Below, piece after piece: positions 1 to 14,094 of a DNA stretch of 64,000 nucleotides. Below the pieces are notes generated by a model, which was given only the letters and a program-made list of their open reading frames with translations, ran no database searches and had not been told where the DNA came from. This DNA is from Macrostomum lignano. Lineage: Eukaryota. Location: assembly GCA_002269645.1 (NCBI GenBank), contig NIVC01000576.1, positions 356,207 through 420,206 on the forward strand. The letters are read 5' to 3'. Position 1 is the first letter of the stretch. Every line of letters begins with the position of its first letter. The position numbers were made by a program, and so were the translations under genes.

Positions 1-3000
1 ACTCTCCCTTCTCCCCTCCACTCTCCCTTCTCCCCTCCACTCTCCCTTCTCCCCTCCACTCTCCCTTCTCACTCTCCCTTCTCCCCTCCACTCTCCCTTC
101 TCCCTCCACTCTGCCTTCTCCCTCCACTCTCCCTTCTCCCCTCCACTCTCCCTTCTCCCTCCACTCTCCTTCTCCCCTCCACTCTCCCTTCTCACTCTCC
201 CTTCTCCCCTCCACTCTCCCTTCTCCCCTCCACTCTCCCTTCTCACTCTCCCTTCTCCCCTCCACTCTCCCTTCTCCCCTCCACTCTGCCTTCTCCCCTC
301 CACTCTCCCTTCTCACTCTCCCTTCTCCCCTCCACTCTCCCTTCTCCCCTCCACTCTCCCTTCTCCCCTCCACTCTCCCTTCTCACTCTCCCTTCTCCCC
401 TCCACTCTCCCTTCTCCCCTCCACTCTCCCTTCTCCCCTCCACTCTCCCTTCTCCCCTCCACTCTCCTTCTCCCCTCCACTCTCCCTTCTCCCCTCCACT
501 CTCCCTTCTCCCCTCCACTCTCCCTTCTCCCCTCCACTCTCCTTCTCCCCTCCACTCTCCTTCTCCCCTCCACTCTCCCTTCTCCCCTCCACTCTCCCTT
601 CTCCCCTCCACTCTCCTTCTCCCCTCCACTCTCCCTTCTCACTCTCTCCTTCTCACTCTCCCTTCTCCCCTCCACTCTCCCTTCTCACTCTCCCTTCTCC
701 CCTCCACTCTCCCTTCTCCCCTCCACTCTCCCTTCTCACTCTCCCTTCTCCCCTCCACTCTCCCTTCTCACTCTCCCTTCTCCCCTCCACTCTCCCTTCT
801 CACTCTCCCTTCTCCCCTCCACTCTCCCTTCTCCCCTCCACTCTCCCTTCTCACTCTCCCTTCTCCCTCCACTCTCCCTTCTCACTCTCCCTTCTCCCCT
901 CCACTCTCCCTTCTCCCTCCACTCTCCCTTCTCCCTCCACTCTCCCTTCTCCCCTCCACTCTGCCTTCTCCCTCCACTCTCCCTTCTCACTCTCCCTTCT
1001 CCCCTCCACTCTCCTTCTCCCTCCACTCTCCCTTCTCCCTCCACTCTCCCTTCTCACTCTCCCTTCTCCCCTCCACTCTCCCTTCTCACTCTCCCTTCTC
1101 CCCTCCACTCTCCCTTCTCACTCTCCCTTCTCCCCTCCACTCTCCCTTCTCCCCTCCACTCTGCCTTCTCCCCTCCACTCTCCCTTCTCACTCTCCCTTC
1201 TCCCCTCCACTCTCCCTTCTCCCCTCCACTCTCCCTTCTCCCCTCCACTCTCCCTTCTCACTCTCCCTTCTCCCTCCACTCTCCCTTCTCCCTCCACTCT
1301 CCCTTCTCCCTCCACTCTCCCTTCTCCCCTCCACTCTCCCTTCTCACTCTCCTTCTCCCTCCACTCTCCCTTCTCACTCTCCCTTCTCCCTCCACTCTCC
1401 CTTCTCCCTCCACTCTCCCTTCTCCCTCCACTCTCCCTTCTCACTCTCCCTTCTCCCCTCCACTCTCCCTTCTCACTCTCCCTTCTCCCCTCCACTCTCC
1501 CTTCTCACTCTCCCTTCTCCCCTCCACTCTCCCTTCTCCCTCACTCTGCCTTCTCCCTCCACTCTCCCTTCTCACTCTCCCTTCTCCCCTCCACTCTCCC
1601 TTCTCCCCTCCACTCTCCCTTCTCCCTCCACTCTCCCTTCTCACTCTCCCTTCTCCCTCCACTCTCCCTTCTCCCCTCCACTCTCCCTTCTCGCCTCCAC
1701 TCTCCCTTCTCGCCTCCACTCTGCCTTCTCGCCTCCACTCTCCCTTCTCACCTCCACTCTGCCTTCTCCCCTCCACTCTCCCTTCTCCCCTCCACTCTCC
1801 CTTCTCCCCTCCACTCTCCCTTCTCCCCTCCACTCTCCCTTCTCACTCTCCCTTCTCCCCTCCACTCTCCCTTCTCACTCTCCCTTCTCCCCTCCACTCT
1901 CCCTTCTCCCCTCCACTCTGCCTTCTCCCTCCACTCTCCCTTCTCACTCTCCCTTCTCCCCTCCACTCTCCCTTCTCACTCTCCCTTCTCCCCTCCACTC
2001 TCCCTTCTCCCCTCCACTCTCCCTTCTCACTCTCCCTTCTCCCCTCCACTCTCCCTTCTCACTCTCCCTTCTCCCCTCCACTCTCCCTTCTCCCCTCCAC
2101 TCTCCCTTCTCCCCTCCACTCTCCCTTCTCACTCTCCCTTCTCCCCTCCACTCTCCCTTCTCCCCTCCACTCTGCCTTCTCCCCTCCACTCTCCCTTCTC
2201 CCCTCCACTCTCCCTTCTCCCCTCCACTCTCCCTTCTCCCCTCCACTCTCCCTTCTCACTCTCCCTTCTCCCCTCCACTCTCCCTTCTCCCCTCCACTCT
2301 CCCTTCTCCCCTCCACTCTCCCTTCTCCCCTCCACTCTCCCTTCTCACTCTCCCTTCTCCCCTCCACTCTCCCTTCTCACTCTCCCTTCTCCCCTCCACT
2401 CTCCCTTCTCACTCTCCCTTCTCCCCTCCACTCTCCCTTCTCCCTCCACTCTGCCTTCTCCCTCCACTCTCCCTTCTCACTCTCCCTCCCCTCCACTCTC
2501 CCTTCTCCCCTCCACTCTCCCTTCTCACTCTCCCTTCTCCCCTCCACTCTCCCTTCTCCCCTCCACTCTGCCTTCTCCCCTCCACTCTCCCTTCTCCCCT
2601 CCACTCTCCCTTCTCCCCTCCACTCTCCCTTCTCCCCTCCACTCTCCCTTCTCCCCTCCACTCTCCCTTCTCCCCTCCACTCTCCCTTCTCCCCTCCACT
2701 CTCCCTTCTCCCCTCCACTCTCCCTTCTCCCCTCCACTCTCCCTTCTCCCCTCCACTCTCCCTTCTCCCCTCCACTCTCCCTTCTCCCCTCCACTCTCCC
2801 TTCTCACTCTCCCTTCTCACTCTCCCTTCTCCCCTCCACTCTCCCTTCTCACTCTCCCTTCTCCCCTCCACTCTCCCTTCTCCCCTCCACTCTCCCTTCT
2901 CACTCTCCCTTCTCCCCTCCACTCTCCCTTCTCACTCTCCCTTCTCCCCTCCACTCTCCCTTCTCACTCTCCCTTCTCCCCTCCACTCTCCCTTCTCCCC

Positions 3001-5910
3001 TCCACTCTCCCTTCTCACTCTCCCTTCTCCCCTCCACTCTCCCTTCTCACTCTCCCTTCTCCCCTCCACTCTCCCTTCTCCCCTCCACTCTCCCTTCTCC
3101 CCTCCACTCTCCCTTCTCCCCTCCACTCTGCCTTCTCCCCTCCACTCTCCCTTCTCACTCTCCCTTCTCCCCTCCACTCTCCCTTCTCCCCTCCACTCTC
3201 CCTTCTCCCCTCCACTCTCCCTTCTCACTCTCCCTTCTCCCCTCCACTCTCCCTTCTCACTCTCCCTTCTCCCCTCCACTCTCCCTTCTCACTCTCCCTT
3301 CTCCCCTCCACTCTCCCTTCTCCCCTCCACTCTGCCTTCTCCCCTCCACTCTCCCTTCTCACTCTCCCTTCTCCCCTCCACTCTCCCTTCTCCCCTCCAC
3401 TCTCCTTCTCCCTCCACTCTCCCTTCTCACTCTCCCTTCTCCCCTCCACTCTCCCTTCTCCCTCCACTCTCCCTTCTCCCCTCCACTCTCCCTTCTCCCC
3501 TCCACTCTCCCTTCTCACTCTCCCTTCTCCCCTCCACTCTCCCTTCTCACTCTCCCTTCTCCCCTCCACTCTCCCTTCTCCCCTCCACTCTCCCTTCTCC
3601 CCTCCACTCTCCCTTCTCCCCTCCACTCTCCCTTCTCACTCTCCCTTCTCCCCTCCACTCTCCCTTCTCCCCTCCACTCTGCCTTCTCCCCTCCACTCTC
3701 CCTTCTCCCCTCCACTCTCCCTTCTCCCCTCCACTCTCCCTTCTCCCCTCCACTCTCCCTTCTCACTCTCCCTTCTCCCCTCCACTCTCCCTTCTCACTC
3801 TCCCTTCTCCCCTCCACTCTCCCTTCTCACTCTCCCTTCTCCCCTCCACTCTCCCTTCTCCCCTCCACTCTGCCTTCTCCCCTCCACTCTCCCTTCTCAC
3901 TCTCCCTTCTCCCCTCCACTCTCCCTTCTCCCCTCCACTCTCCCTTCTCCCCTCCACTCTCCCTTCTCACTCTCCCTTCTCCCCTCCACTCTCCCTTCTC
4001 CCCTCCACTCTCCCTTCTCGCCTCCACTCTCCCTTCTCGCCTCCACTCTGCCTTCTCGCCTCCACTCTCCCTTCTCACCTCCACTCTGCCTTCTCCCCTC
4101 CACTCTCCCTTCTCCCCTCCACTCTCCCTTCTCCCCTCCACTCTCCCTTCTCACTCTCCCTTCTCCCCTCCACTCTCCCTTCTCACTCTCCCTTCTCCCT
4201 CCACTCTCCCTTCTCACTCTCCCTTCTCCCTCCACTCTCCCTTCTCCCCTCCCTTCTCCCTTCTCCCCTCCACTCTCCCTTCTCACTCTCCCTTCTCCCC
4301 TCCACTCTCCCTTCTCCCCTCCACTCTCCCTTCTCACTCTCCCTTCTCCCCTCCACTCTCCCTTCTCCCCTCCACTCTCCCTTCTCACTCTCCCTTCTCC
4401 CCTCCACTCTCCCTTCTCACCCTCCCTTCTCCCCTCCACTCTCCCTTCTCCCCTCCACTCTCCCTTCTCCCCTCCACTCTCCCTTCTCCCCTCCACTCTG
4501 CCTTCTCCCCTCCACTCTCCCTTCTCACTCTCCCTTCTCACTCTCCCTTCTCCCCTCCACTCTCCCTTCTCCCCTCCACTCTCCCTTCTCCCCTCCACTC
4601 TCCCTTCTCCCCTCCACTCTCCCTTCTCACTCTCCCTTCTCCCCTCCACTCTCCCTTCTCCCCTCCACTCTCCCTTCTCCCTTCCACTCTGCCTTCTCCC
4701 CTCCACTCTCCCTTCTCACTCTCCCTTCTCACTCTCCCTTCTCCCCTCCACTCTCCCTTCTCACTCTCCCTTCTCCCCTCCACTCTCCCTTCTCCCCTCC
4801 ACTCTCCCTTCTCCCCTCCACTCTCCCTTCTCACTCTCCCTTCTCACCTCCACTCTCCCTTCTCCCCTCCACTCTCCCTTCTCCCCTCCACTCTCCCTTC
4901 TCACTCTCCCTTCTCCCCTCCACTCTCCCTTCTCCCCTCCACTCTCCCTTCTCGCTTCCACTCTCCCTTCTCGCCTCCACTCTGTCTTCTCGCCTCCACT
5001 CTCCCTTCTCACCTCCACTCTCCCTTCTCACCTCCCCTCTCCCTTCTCACCTCCACTCTCCCTTCTCCCCTCCCTTCTCCCCTCCACTCTCCCTTCTCGC
5101 CTCCACTCTGCCTTCTCGCCTCCACTCTCCCTTCTCCCCTCCCTTCTCCCCTCCACTCTCCCTTCTCGCCTCCACTCTGCCTTCTCGCCTCCACTCTCCC
5201 TTCTCATCTCCACTCTCCCTTCTCATCTTCACTCTCCCTTCTCACCTCTCCTCTCCCTTCTCACCTCCCCTCTCCCTTCTCACCTCCACTCTCCCTTCTC
5301 ACCTCCCCTCTCCCTTCTCCCCTCCACTCTCCCTTCTCACCTCCCTTCTCACCTCTACCTCCCTCGTAGCTCACCTCCACTCTCCCTTCTCACCTCCACT
5401 CTCCCTTCTCACCTTCCCTCTCCCTTCTCACCTCCCCTCTCCCTTCTCACCTCCCCTCTCCCTTCTCACCTCCCCTCTCCCTTCTCCCCTCCACTCTCCC
5501 TTCTCATCTTCACTCTCCCTTCTCACCTCCCCTCTCCCTTCTCCCCTCCACTCTCCCTTCTCGCCTCCACTCTCCCTTCTCATCTCCACTCTCCCTTCTC
5601 CCCTCGACTCTCCCTTCTCGCCTCCACTCTCCCTTCTCACCTCCCCTCTCCCTTCTCCCCTCCACTCTCCCTTCTCATCTTCACTCTCCCTTCTCACCTC
5701 CCCTCTCCCTTCTCCCCTCCACTCTCCCTTCTCCCCTCCCCTCTCCCTTCTCCCCTCCACTCTCCCTTCTCGCCTCCACTCTCCCTTCTCACCTCCCCTC
5801 TCCCTTCTCCCCTCCACTCTCCCTTCTCCCCTCCACTCTCCCTTCTCCCCTCCACTCTCCCTTCTCATCTCCACTCTCCCTTCTCATCTCCACTCTCCCT
5901 TCTCATCTCC
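1..5910. repeat. Polypyrimidine minisatellite array (19-bp unit ACTCTCCCTTCTCCCCTCC mixed with 13-bp and 18-bp variants), open at the window start
   Basis: Units read directly. The + strand is almost purely C/T. Variant units (CACCTCC, CGCCTCC, CATCTCC) accumulate toward the right edge. Confidence 0.97.
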
Positions 5911-6799
5911 ACTCCGCATCATCATTAGCTTGGCCTCTGAGCTCTCCACCAACACAGTCTTACTCCCCTCTTCCCTGCTTCCGGGAGGGCCTCTCCACTC
6001 TCTTCTCCGACCCGAACCCTGAGCTTCATCAAGAGGAAGCAGAGTGAGAGACGCTCTATCGCGAGCTGGCATTTGCCCATCTTTCTGAACCACTACCCCT
6101 GCCTCCGTTGAAGTCTTATTAATTCCTCTAACACAGGTGCGTGTACTACAGCCAGCGCACATAATAGTATTGCTTATTATTCCATAAAGCTGCACCTGTC
6201 AGTCAAACAAGATTTTCAGGCCCCCAGCGACCAACATGAGGTCGTGTCGAAGGCGCTCGTTCCGAATGTCCCACGTCAGGGAGACTGGCAACCCCCCGCC
6301 TAACCTTTATCAACCTGCATTCTTTTCTTTGCCCTTCTACCCTGCCACACCTTCATGTTGCAGTTTGTCATCTGCTATCCGCCTGAGGGTGAAAATCTTG
6401 CCAAATCTTACTGTGGAACTCTGCTAAGAGCAAACATACCTACAATTCGTTGCGTCCGTCAAAAAATTAACGAGACTGTGAACAGAAGAAGACGGTGTGT
6501 CTACCCCTTTTTGAGACACCTGAGGCCGCTGCTGCTTGCTACTCTGGTTGGTACGCAAAGGGCGATGGGGTCATTAATTTGAGGCGCCACTGCAGTAGTG
6601 CTACTTTGATTTTGTTACTCTTGTTAACTACTTCAGTTGTAGGCAAGACTGATCTACAACCCCCCACCTCCTGGTGCTACATGAGTAACCCGAGCTCTCA
6701 AAGTAAAAAATCTCCTAGTTAGTGTGACTGGACTTTTTAGTTTGAATATCGTCTGACTAGAATCTGCTGTCTGCGAAATTTCATTGAAGAATACTCCTC

Positions 6800-7410
6800 T
6801 CCTCACCTTATCGCACTAGCCCCTCCTCTCACCCACCTCCCTCCACTCACCCACCTCCCTCCTCGCACCCACCTCTCTCCACTCACCCACCTCCCTCCTC
6901 TCACCCACCTCCCTCCTCGCACCCACCTCTCTCCACTCACCCACCTCCCTCCTCTCACCCACCTCCCTCCACTCACCCACCTCCCTCCTCTCACCCACCT
7001 CCCTCCACTCACCCACCTCCCTCCACTCACCCACCTCCCTCCACTCACCCACCTCCCTCCTCGCACCCGCCTCCCTCCTCGTACCCACCTTTCATCACAC
7101 CCACCTCTCCTCCTCGCACCCTCCTCCCTCCTCGTACCCACCTTTCATCACACCCACCTCTCCTCCTCGTAGCTCGTACCCACCTCTCCTCCTCTCACCC
7201 ACCTCCCTTCACTCACCCACCTCCCTCCTCGCACCCTCCTCCCTCCTCGTACCCACCTTTCATCACACCCACCTCTCCTCCTCGTAGCTCGTACCCACCT
7301 CTCCTCCTCTCACCCACCTCCCTTCACTCACCCACCTCTCTCCTCGCACCCTCCTCCCTCCTCGCACCCGCCTCCCCCCTGTACCCACCTCTCCTGCTCG
7401 CACCCACTCC
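6800..7410. repeat. Degenerate ~18-bp minisatellite (CACCCACCTCCCTCCTCT-like)
   Basis: Tandem units visible; explains the GGRWVS/REVGE ORFs. Confidence 0.9.
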
Positions 7411-8092
7411 TCGCAATACTGTCTGATTCTCAAGATCACTATTGTGCTGACCGGAATGCACAATCACGGATGCCCGCCTGACAGCGCCTATCTATTCAAT
7501 GAAACCAGCGAAGCGAACTGTCCAAGTTCTGAGTAGCAGCTCCATACACGAGACGACTATCTGCCTTCCTCTTCGGTAAAAAAAATTGGGATAGATTCCG
7601 TGAGTCAGAGTGAGTTAATAAGAGTGGCAGGTCACTTGGTAAACCTGCTGAGGGTGTGTGTGTGTGTGCGTGCTTGGGACTCACACAATGCTCAATTCCC
7701 ATTCAGTTGGTCACTCATCCGGCATTACCTCTCAACTCCCCTTCTCTCTCTCCCTCTTCCAAACTGTCGCAATAATAAGCTTTAGAGGACCTCTGTGCGT
7801 GCTTGAAAATTTAATAAGTCAAAGCTCTATTCAAGTGTCTTTGGCTGGTAAAGGTCTTTGGCTATAAATTAATATATATAACTAATATACTTTTATTTTT
7901 ACAGAAAGGATTGTCATAGACTGCCTCCCCCCCGTCAGAACCAGTTATTTATCTCCACTATAATATTGCTGCCCACCCCTGTCTTTCTGTCCACCCTGTT
8001 TAGTTAGTTTTGAGACAAAAATATGATTGATTACCCAGTAGGGTTTGCTGTCAGCTAAGTTCACTGGAATTAATGTGGAGACGTACAAGCTG

Positions 8093-8632
8093 AAATGGAG
8101 GGTGAGGTACAGGGTGAGTTGGAGAATGAGGTACAGTGTGAGATGGATGGTGAGGTACAGTGTGAAATGGATAGTGAGGTACAGTGTGAAATGGAGAGTG
8201 AGGTACAGTGTGAAATGGAGAGTGAGGTACAGTGTGAAATGGAGAGTGAGGTACAGTGTGAAATGGAGAGTGAGGTACAGTGTGAAATGGAGAGTGAGGT
8301 ACAGTGTGAAATGGAGAGTGAGGTACAGTGTGAAATGGAGAGTGAGGTACAGTGTGAGATGGAGAGTGAGGTACAGTGTGAGATGGAGAGTGAGGTACAG
8401 GGTGAGATGGAGAGTGAGGTACAGGGTGAGATGGAGAGTGAGGTACAGTGTGAAATGGAGAGTGAGGTACAGTGTGAAATGGAGAGTGAGGTACAGTGTG
8501 AAATGGAGAGTGAGGTACAGTGTGAAATGGAGAGTGAGGTACAGTGTGAGATGGAGAGTGAGGTACAGTGTGAAATGGAGAGTGAGGTACAGTGTGAGAT
8601 GGAGAGTGAGGTACAGTGTGAAATGGAGGGTG
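8093..8632. repeat. 24-bp minisatellite (GAGAGTGAGGTACAGTGTGAAATG)
   Basis: About 22 tandem units; the 8-aa periodic ORFs in several frames match a 24-bp period. Confidence 0.95.
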
Positions 8633-9387
8633 AAAAGGATGAGATATAGTGCTAAAGATATCGCTACAGCTGAGCATTGGACAAGCAATGCCCAAGCTTA
8701 TGCACCGAAATCCATCATTATGTGACTCATCGATCTGCATATTTGGCCGAGCCAACTGACTCAAGACCCCTCTCAAATATTTCCCTGACTCTCCTTGCCA
8801 GTTAAAACAAGAGAAGATGCGGCAGTCGCAGGCTGCAAGCCATTGTCATAAATTATTGATTGACAGCTTAGATCAAGACTGATGGCAACTAAGCAGAAGG
8901 CGGGGCAATGATTTGCACTACTAGCACTGCGCGCAACATCTGGGCCCAGTCTCACGACCCCCTTATTGACTCAATTGAGCCGCCTCATGATTGGCTCATC
9001 TCTAACTGTTGATAACACTGTAGCAGATATTATTTTTACAAAACAATACTTTAATAGGCTTGCATTCAATGTGAATTCAATTTTCCCTTCAATCCCCGCT
9101 CTGTCTCAGTTTAGACTGAGTCAAATAGTCACCAATGCATATCTGCCTTACTCCTTGCCATGCGGAATATAACAAAAGTGCAAAGAAGTGAAGTAGTGTA
9201 CTTGCTTCTGAATTTGGCCGATTGAGAGCTCAGTAGTGTCTGGGCGCGCCCTGCAGACAGTGACTCGACTGTCAAGGCTGCTTTTTAAACAAGTTTTTTT
9301 TCAACACTGCTGCTGCTGTTGCATTCTGCTCTCTGCTTGCCCAACCATGCTTGTTGTGGGAAGTGCTGGCTGGCAACCCAATAGATT

Positions 9388-9593
<206 letters not shown>

Positions 9594-9628
9594 TCTTTTT
9601 ATCAATCCAATCAATAAATCGGACTCAC

Positions 9629-9931
9629 CATTAGCGAGTGCGCATTGCTCTGGCAGTCACCTTCGCCATCGCCCCCGGTATACTCGCCGTCGCCGCCGCA
9701 GTAGACTCCCCCGTCGTCATGAAAATGATGATGCTGATGCTGATGCAGCAGTTGGTGACTCCGGCCCCGCCCGACGGGCTCCTCTTTGACCCCCTGAGCG
9801 CCAGCCGCAGCCTGAGGCTCCTTGGAGAAGAGTCTGACGGTGCGGATCACCGCCAAGCGTTTGCGCAGAGGCGCCCAGGCGGCCGCCTTCGCCTGCTGGG
9901 GCGGCTGCTTCTCGTTTCCCCTGTCAGACAT
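9629..9931 (-). CDS. Candidate orphan coding exon (MSDRGNEKQPPQQ...SNAHSLM, 101 codons) of an unidentified minus-strand gene
   Basis: ATG at 9931, GC-rich non-repetitive open frame, ends in phase 0 at a consensus donor G|GTGAGT (9628-9623). No downstream exon or family motif recognised. Confidence 0.35.
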
Positions 9932-10857
9932 GAGAGTTTGGGATCGGGACGAACTGAGCTGAGCTTCGGGAACCACGTGAGCAGTCTCTAGTTCAATGCT
10001 AACTGCAGACTCTTTCAGCCTTATAGATATCTATATCTAGAAGCGTTGGGACCTGTTTCCCCCAGGTCCGATTTAGATTGGCTGGTGCAGTCTTGCTGCT
10101 AGCCAATGGCTGTGCAGGCTGAGCAGGGGACGGCAAGCACAGGGATAACAATGTTAATAGAGATTGACTGCATCGCAACACTAAATAACGGAGATGTTGC
10201 ACGCGAATTCATTCTGTTTATTCTGTACAATTACGCTCGCAGTATAATAAACATGCACTAGGAATCCACAAGTCGTGGGGCGTGGCGGAAGGTATGGAAG
10301 ACACGGTGAGAGGCGGTTTAGAGATGAGGATTTCAAGCCTCCTTCATTTCCCCCTTTTTCAGCCGCGGAGTGCCAGCTGGGGGGGACCGCGGGCACAGGC
10401 TGCTGGATAGATGATGAATGCGATTTTTTATAATCCATCATTAGCCTGCGGGCTCGCCTTCATTTCCTGGCCTATCCCTCTACCAACCCTTCCATCCTTG
10501 ACAGCCCGATCCCTTATGCGACGTAGATTTGAAGTGGAAAAAATAGAATTTCTATTCTAGCTGGATGCCTCGAATCCCAGCCGACCGATGCTCAATTTGC
10601 AGGCTATGATGGGGTCAGTTTACATGTGCGCTCCAGAGATTTCTGCACTAATGCGGTGATAATTACTGGTGAAAGTTTCATTGGCAAAGGCAGTTGTTAA
10701 GATTGCAATGGTCGCGATTGATACTGAAAATTGGTTTGGACTTTAACTTGGACTGCAAGTTAAATGGACTGCATTTTTTCTTAGCAGAAATCTCCCTCTG
10801 CAGTAACGATGTCTCCAATAATTGTTCATTCAACCGTTTCGTAGAATCAACCGCATT

Positions 10858-11575
10858 TACCCACCACCCCAGCTCCCACCACCCCAGCTCCCACCACCCC
10901 AGCTCCCACCACCCCAACTCCCACCACCCCAGCTCCCACCACCCCAGCTCCCACCACCCCAGCTCCCACCACCCCAACTCCCACCACCCCAGCTCCCACC
11001 ACCCCAACTCCCACCACCCCAGCTCCCACCACCCCAACTCCCACCACCCCAGCTCCCACCACCCCAGCTCCCACCACCCAGCTCCCACCACCCAACTCCC
11101 ATCACTCCAACTCCCATCACCCCAACTCCCATCACCCCAACTCCCACCACTCCAACTCCCATCAACCCAACTCCCACCACCCCAATACCCACGACCCCAG
11201 TACCCACCACCCCAATACCCACCACCCTAATACCCACGACCCCAGTACCCACCACCCCAATACCCACCACCCTAATACCCGCCGCCCCAATACCCACCAC
11301 CCTAATACCCACGACCCCAGTACCCACCACCCCAATACCCACCACCCTAATACCCACGACCCCAGTACCCACCACCCCAATACCCACCACCCTAATACCC
11401 ACGACCCCAGTACCCACCACCCCAATACCCACCACCCTAATACCCACGACCCCAGTACCCACCACCCCAATACCCACCACCCTAATACCCACGACCCCAG
11501 TACCCACCACCCCAATACCCACCACCCTAATACCCACCACCCTAATACCCACCACCCTAATACCCACCACCCCCA
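10858..11575. repeat. Compound 15-bp minisatellite (CCACCACCCCAGCTC, then ACCACCCCAATACCC with a 45-bp higher-order period)
   Basis: 5-aa periodic ORFs on both strands (PPPQL, TTPIP, GGGSW, VVGIG). Confidence 0.93.
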
Positions 11576-12789
11576 ATGCCCTTCACCAAAATACCCACCA
11601 CTTACCTGCAGCTTACAAACTTGCTCATTTACTTTTCAACCAAAAGTATACGTCAATTTGCCTATCATCGTACTAATAGTAAGGAGATAGTTTTCGCTTG
11701 TTAACTGACGGAAATTAACTAAAGGAAATTTTCAACTTAGCTCGATCGTTATTTCGTTTTTTCTATTTTCACAGACTCATAAAAGATTCCAAACTAACTA
11801 CTTGCAGTAGGCTTTGTTCTTTGGTTCTCTTGCTAGAATTGGCTGTTAAACACAAGCGTTTTGCAGGAATAACAATAAGATTATACTTGCGGTTTTATAA
11901 AGACAGCATTCTATGGCTGAAACTGCCGACTTCGATCCGACTTAGTTTAATGTACAAGAACAGTGCAGAAAAGAGTGAGTATTAATAATAAAAACCTGAA
12001 TTTTGATTCCATTTTCTGCTACTCCGATCAGCCACTGACTACCATAGATGACCATAGACACAAATACCCACCAACCTCAATACCCTGCCACCCCAATACC
12101 TGCCAGCAAATACCCGCCACCCCAAGACGAATTCTGTGATTAAGTACCCGCAGGGCAAAAAGGTCATGGTATACAATGTGAATCAAACGCAAGATTCGTT
12201 GCTTGGCCCACTGGATAACTGTTAGTCTGTGGAATCATTTCCATAGTTTATGGTCGAGGGTCTAAATTTCGGTCGAGCCGTTCTGAAAATAACCCTGTTG
12301 TCTATGGCCCAATATGCTACTACTGAACGAGGATTGAAGATTTCTGTGCCATTTCAGCCCCGGAAAATCAGGTGGGAATACCAATACTTTAATCAGTCTG
12401 AAGTTTGAAATTTCTTTCTGCAAAGGTTCGTCATCAGTTAGATAAAAATAGATACACCAGCGCCCCCCCGGGGCCTGATAAGTAAAATAATATTTTCGAA
12501 AATTTCCACCCCGTAATCCGAACCGCTTGGCCGTGGAGTTTAGACGATATTGCAGCGAGTTTTTTTCAGAATAGCTGGAGAGATAAATATTAATATTACT
12601 GTTAGTGCACGATGGCAGCTCAGTTTGGGGATTTTCAAAAGTTTACTATGAATAAATCGGATTAATATATCAAAGCTAAAATCACGAGATCCGAGTCGCA
12701 CTACTACAAGCAAAATAACAACCGCCTACGCAAAATGGATAAGATAGAAAATTATGTAGGGAAAACAAAGGCGAAAGAAGAGAAGAGGA

Positions 12790-13450
12790 AAGGCAGAGAT
12801 TTGAGGCGAGGAGAGAAGTAGAGGGAGGAGAGAGAAGTAGAGTGAAGAGAGAGTAGAGTGAAGTGAGAGAAGTAGAGTGAAGAGAGAGAAGTAGAGTGAA
12901 GTGAGAGAAGTAGAGTGAAGGGAGAGAAGTAGAGTGAAGGGAGAGAAGTAGAGTGGGGAGAGAGAAGTAGAGTGAAGGGAGAGAAGTAGAGTGAGGAGAG
13001 AGAGAAGTAGAGGGAAGGGAAAGAAGTAGAGTGGGGAGAGAGAAGTAGAGTGAAGGGAGAGAAGTAGAGTGAAGAGAGAAAAGTAGAGTGAAGGGAGAGA
13101 AGTAGAGTGGGAAGAGAGAAGTAGAGGGAAGGGAGAGAAGTAGAGTGAAGGGAGAGAAGTAGAGTGAAGGGAGAGAAGTAGAGTGAAGGGAGAGAAGTAG
13201 AGTGGGGAGAGAGAAGTAGAGTGAAGGGAGAGAAGTAGAGTGGGAAGAGAGAAGTAGAGGGAAGGGAGAGAAGTAGAGTGAAGGGAGAGAAGTAGAGTGG
13301 GGAGAGAGAAGTAGAGTGAAGGGAGAGAAGTAGAGTGGGGAGAGAGAAGTAGAGTGAAGGGAGAGAAGTAGAGTGAGGAGAGAGAGAAGTAGAGTGAAGG
13401 GAAAGAAGTAGAGTGGGGAGAGAGAAGTAGAGGGAAGGGAGAAAAGTAGC
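12790..13450. repeat. Purine-rich ~19-bp minisatellite (GAGAGAAGTAGAGTGAAGG)
   Basis: Tandem units read directly. Confidence 0.92.
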
Positions 13451-14094
13451 CACCAAATATTGCCGAATGAATAAAAATAGAAAAATGACTGGAACTGCAA
13501 AAATGAGAAAATGCAAGGCACAGTTCAAGTGTTAGCCCGCCTGAAAAAAGGGAGATTTTATTTCATTTGGAAATTTGGGGACGTGGCTCATGCGGGCAGG
13601 CTGTGTGAAAAGTGAAACTTGGAAGGTCCGGCAATGGGGGGGGTAGGTTTTCTCAAGCAGTGAAGCGAGACGCTAGTAAAGTACTCAGATGCAGGCAGTT
13701 CAGTCCATGTTTATGCTCCAAATTCCCTGAGCTGTGGGTGGCAGTGCTCAAAAGCTAGCACTAAAAAATCGTTCAATAGCCTTCCATCCCCAATGTCGGT
13801 GAGCTTGGTCTAGCTCAAGACCCCCCCCCCCCCCAGCGACAGCCCCCGGGGCTGGCTGAGGCAGGGTCACTCGCCCATGGTGGACGCGCCCTCAGGGCAA
13901 TTAAACAACTTTTGCCAGCGTAAGTAGGTTGAAAATTAGATTCCCTGCGGGCCGGGCTTCGGGATCGCTTATAGGTGATCGCTCTGTGTCTTCACCATGG
14001 ACTGCCAGGGACCCAGAGTTCGGATTGGAAACCCAGAAATGGATTGCTGGCTTGTGCATCGTGAGGGAGTTACATTTGAGTGTCAGGGGTTACG

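Noticed and set aside
243-5874. Dozens of Gly/Glu/Arg-rich ORFs on the minus strand
   Set aside because: They are translations of the 19/13-bp array in overlapping frames, mostly with non-ATG starts.
5884-6722. Further exons of a minus-strand gene or a TE protein
   Set aside because: Short ORFs with no recognisable motif and no consistent splice phase with 9629-9931.
7945-8776. Four overlapping ORFs of 184-247 aa
   Set aside because: All derive from the stop-poor 24-bp repeat.
10822-11676. Mucin/extensin-like Pro/Thr-rich protein
   Set aside because: TTG start, no signal peptide or splice evidence, and open frames on both strands follow from the 15-bp period.
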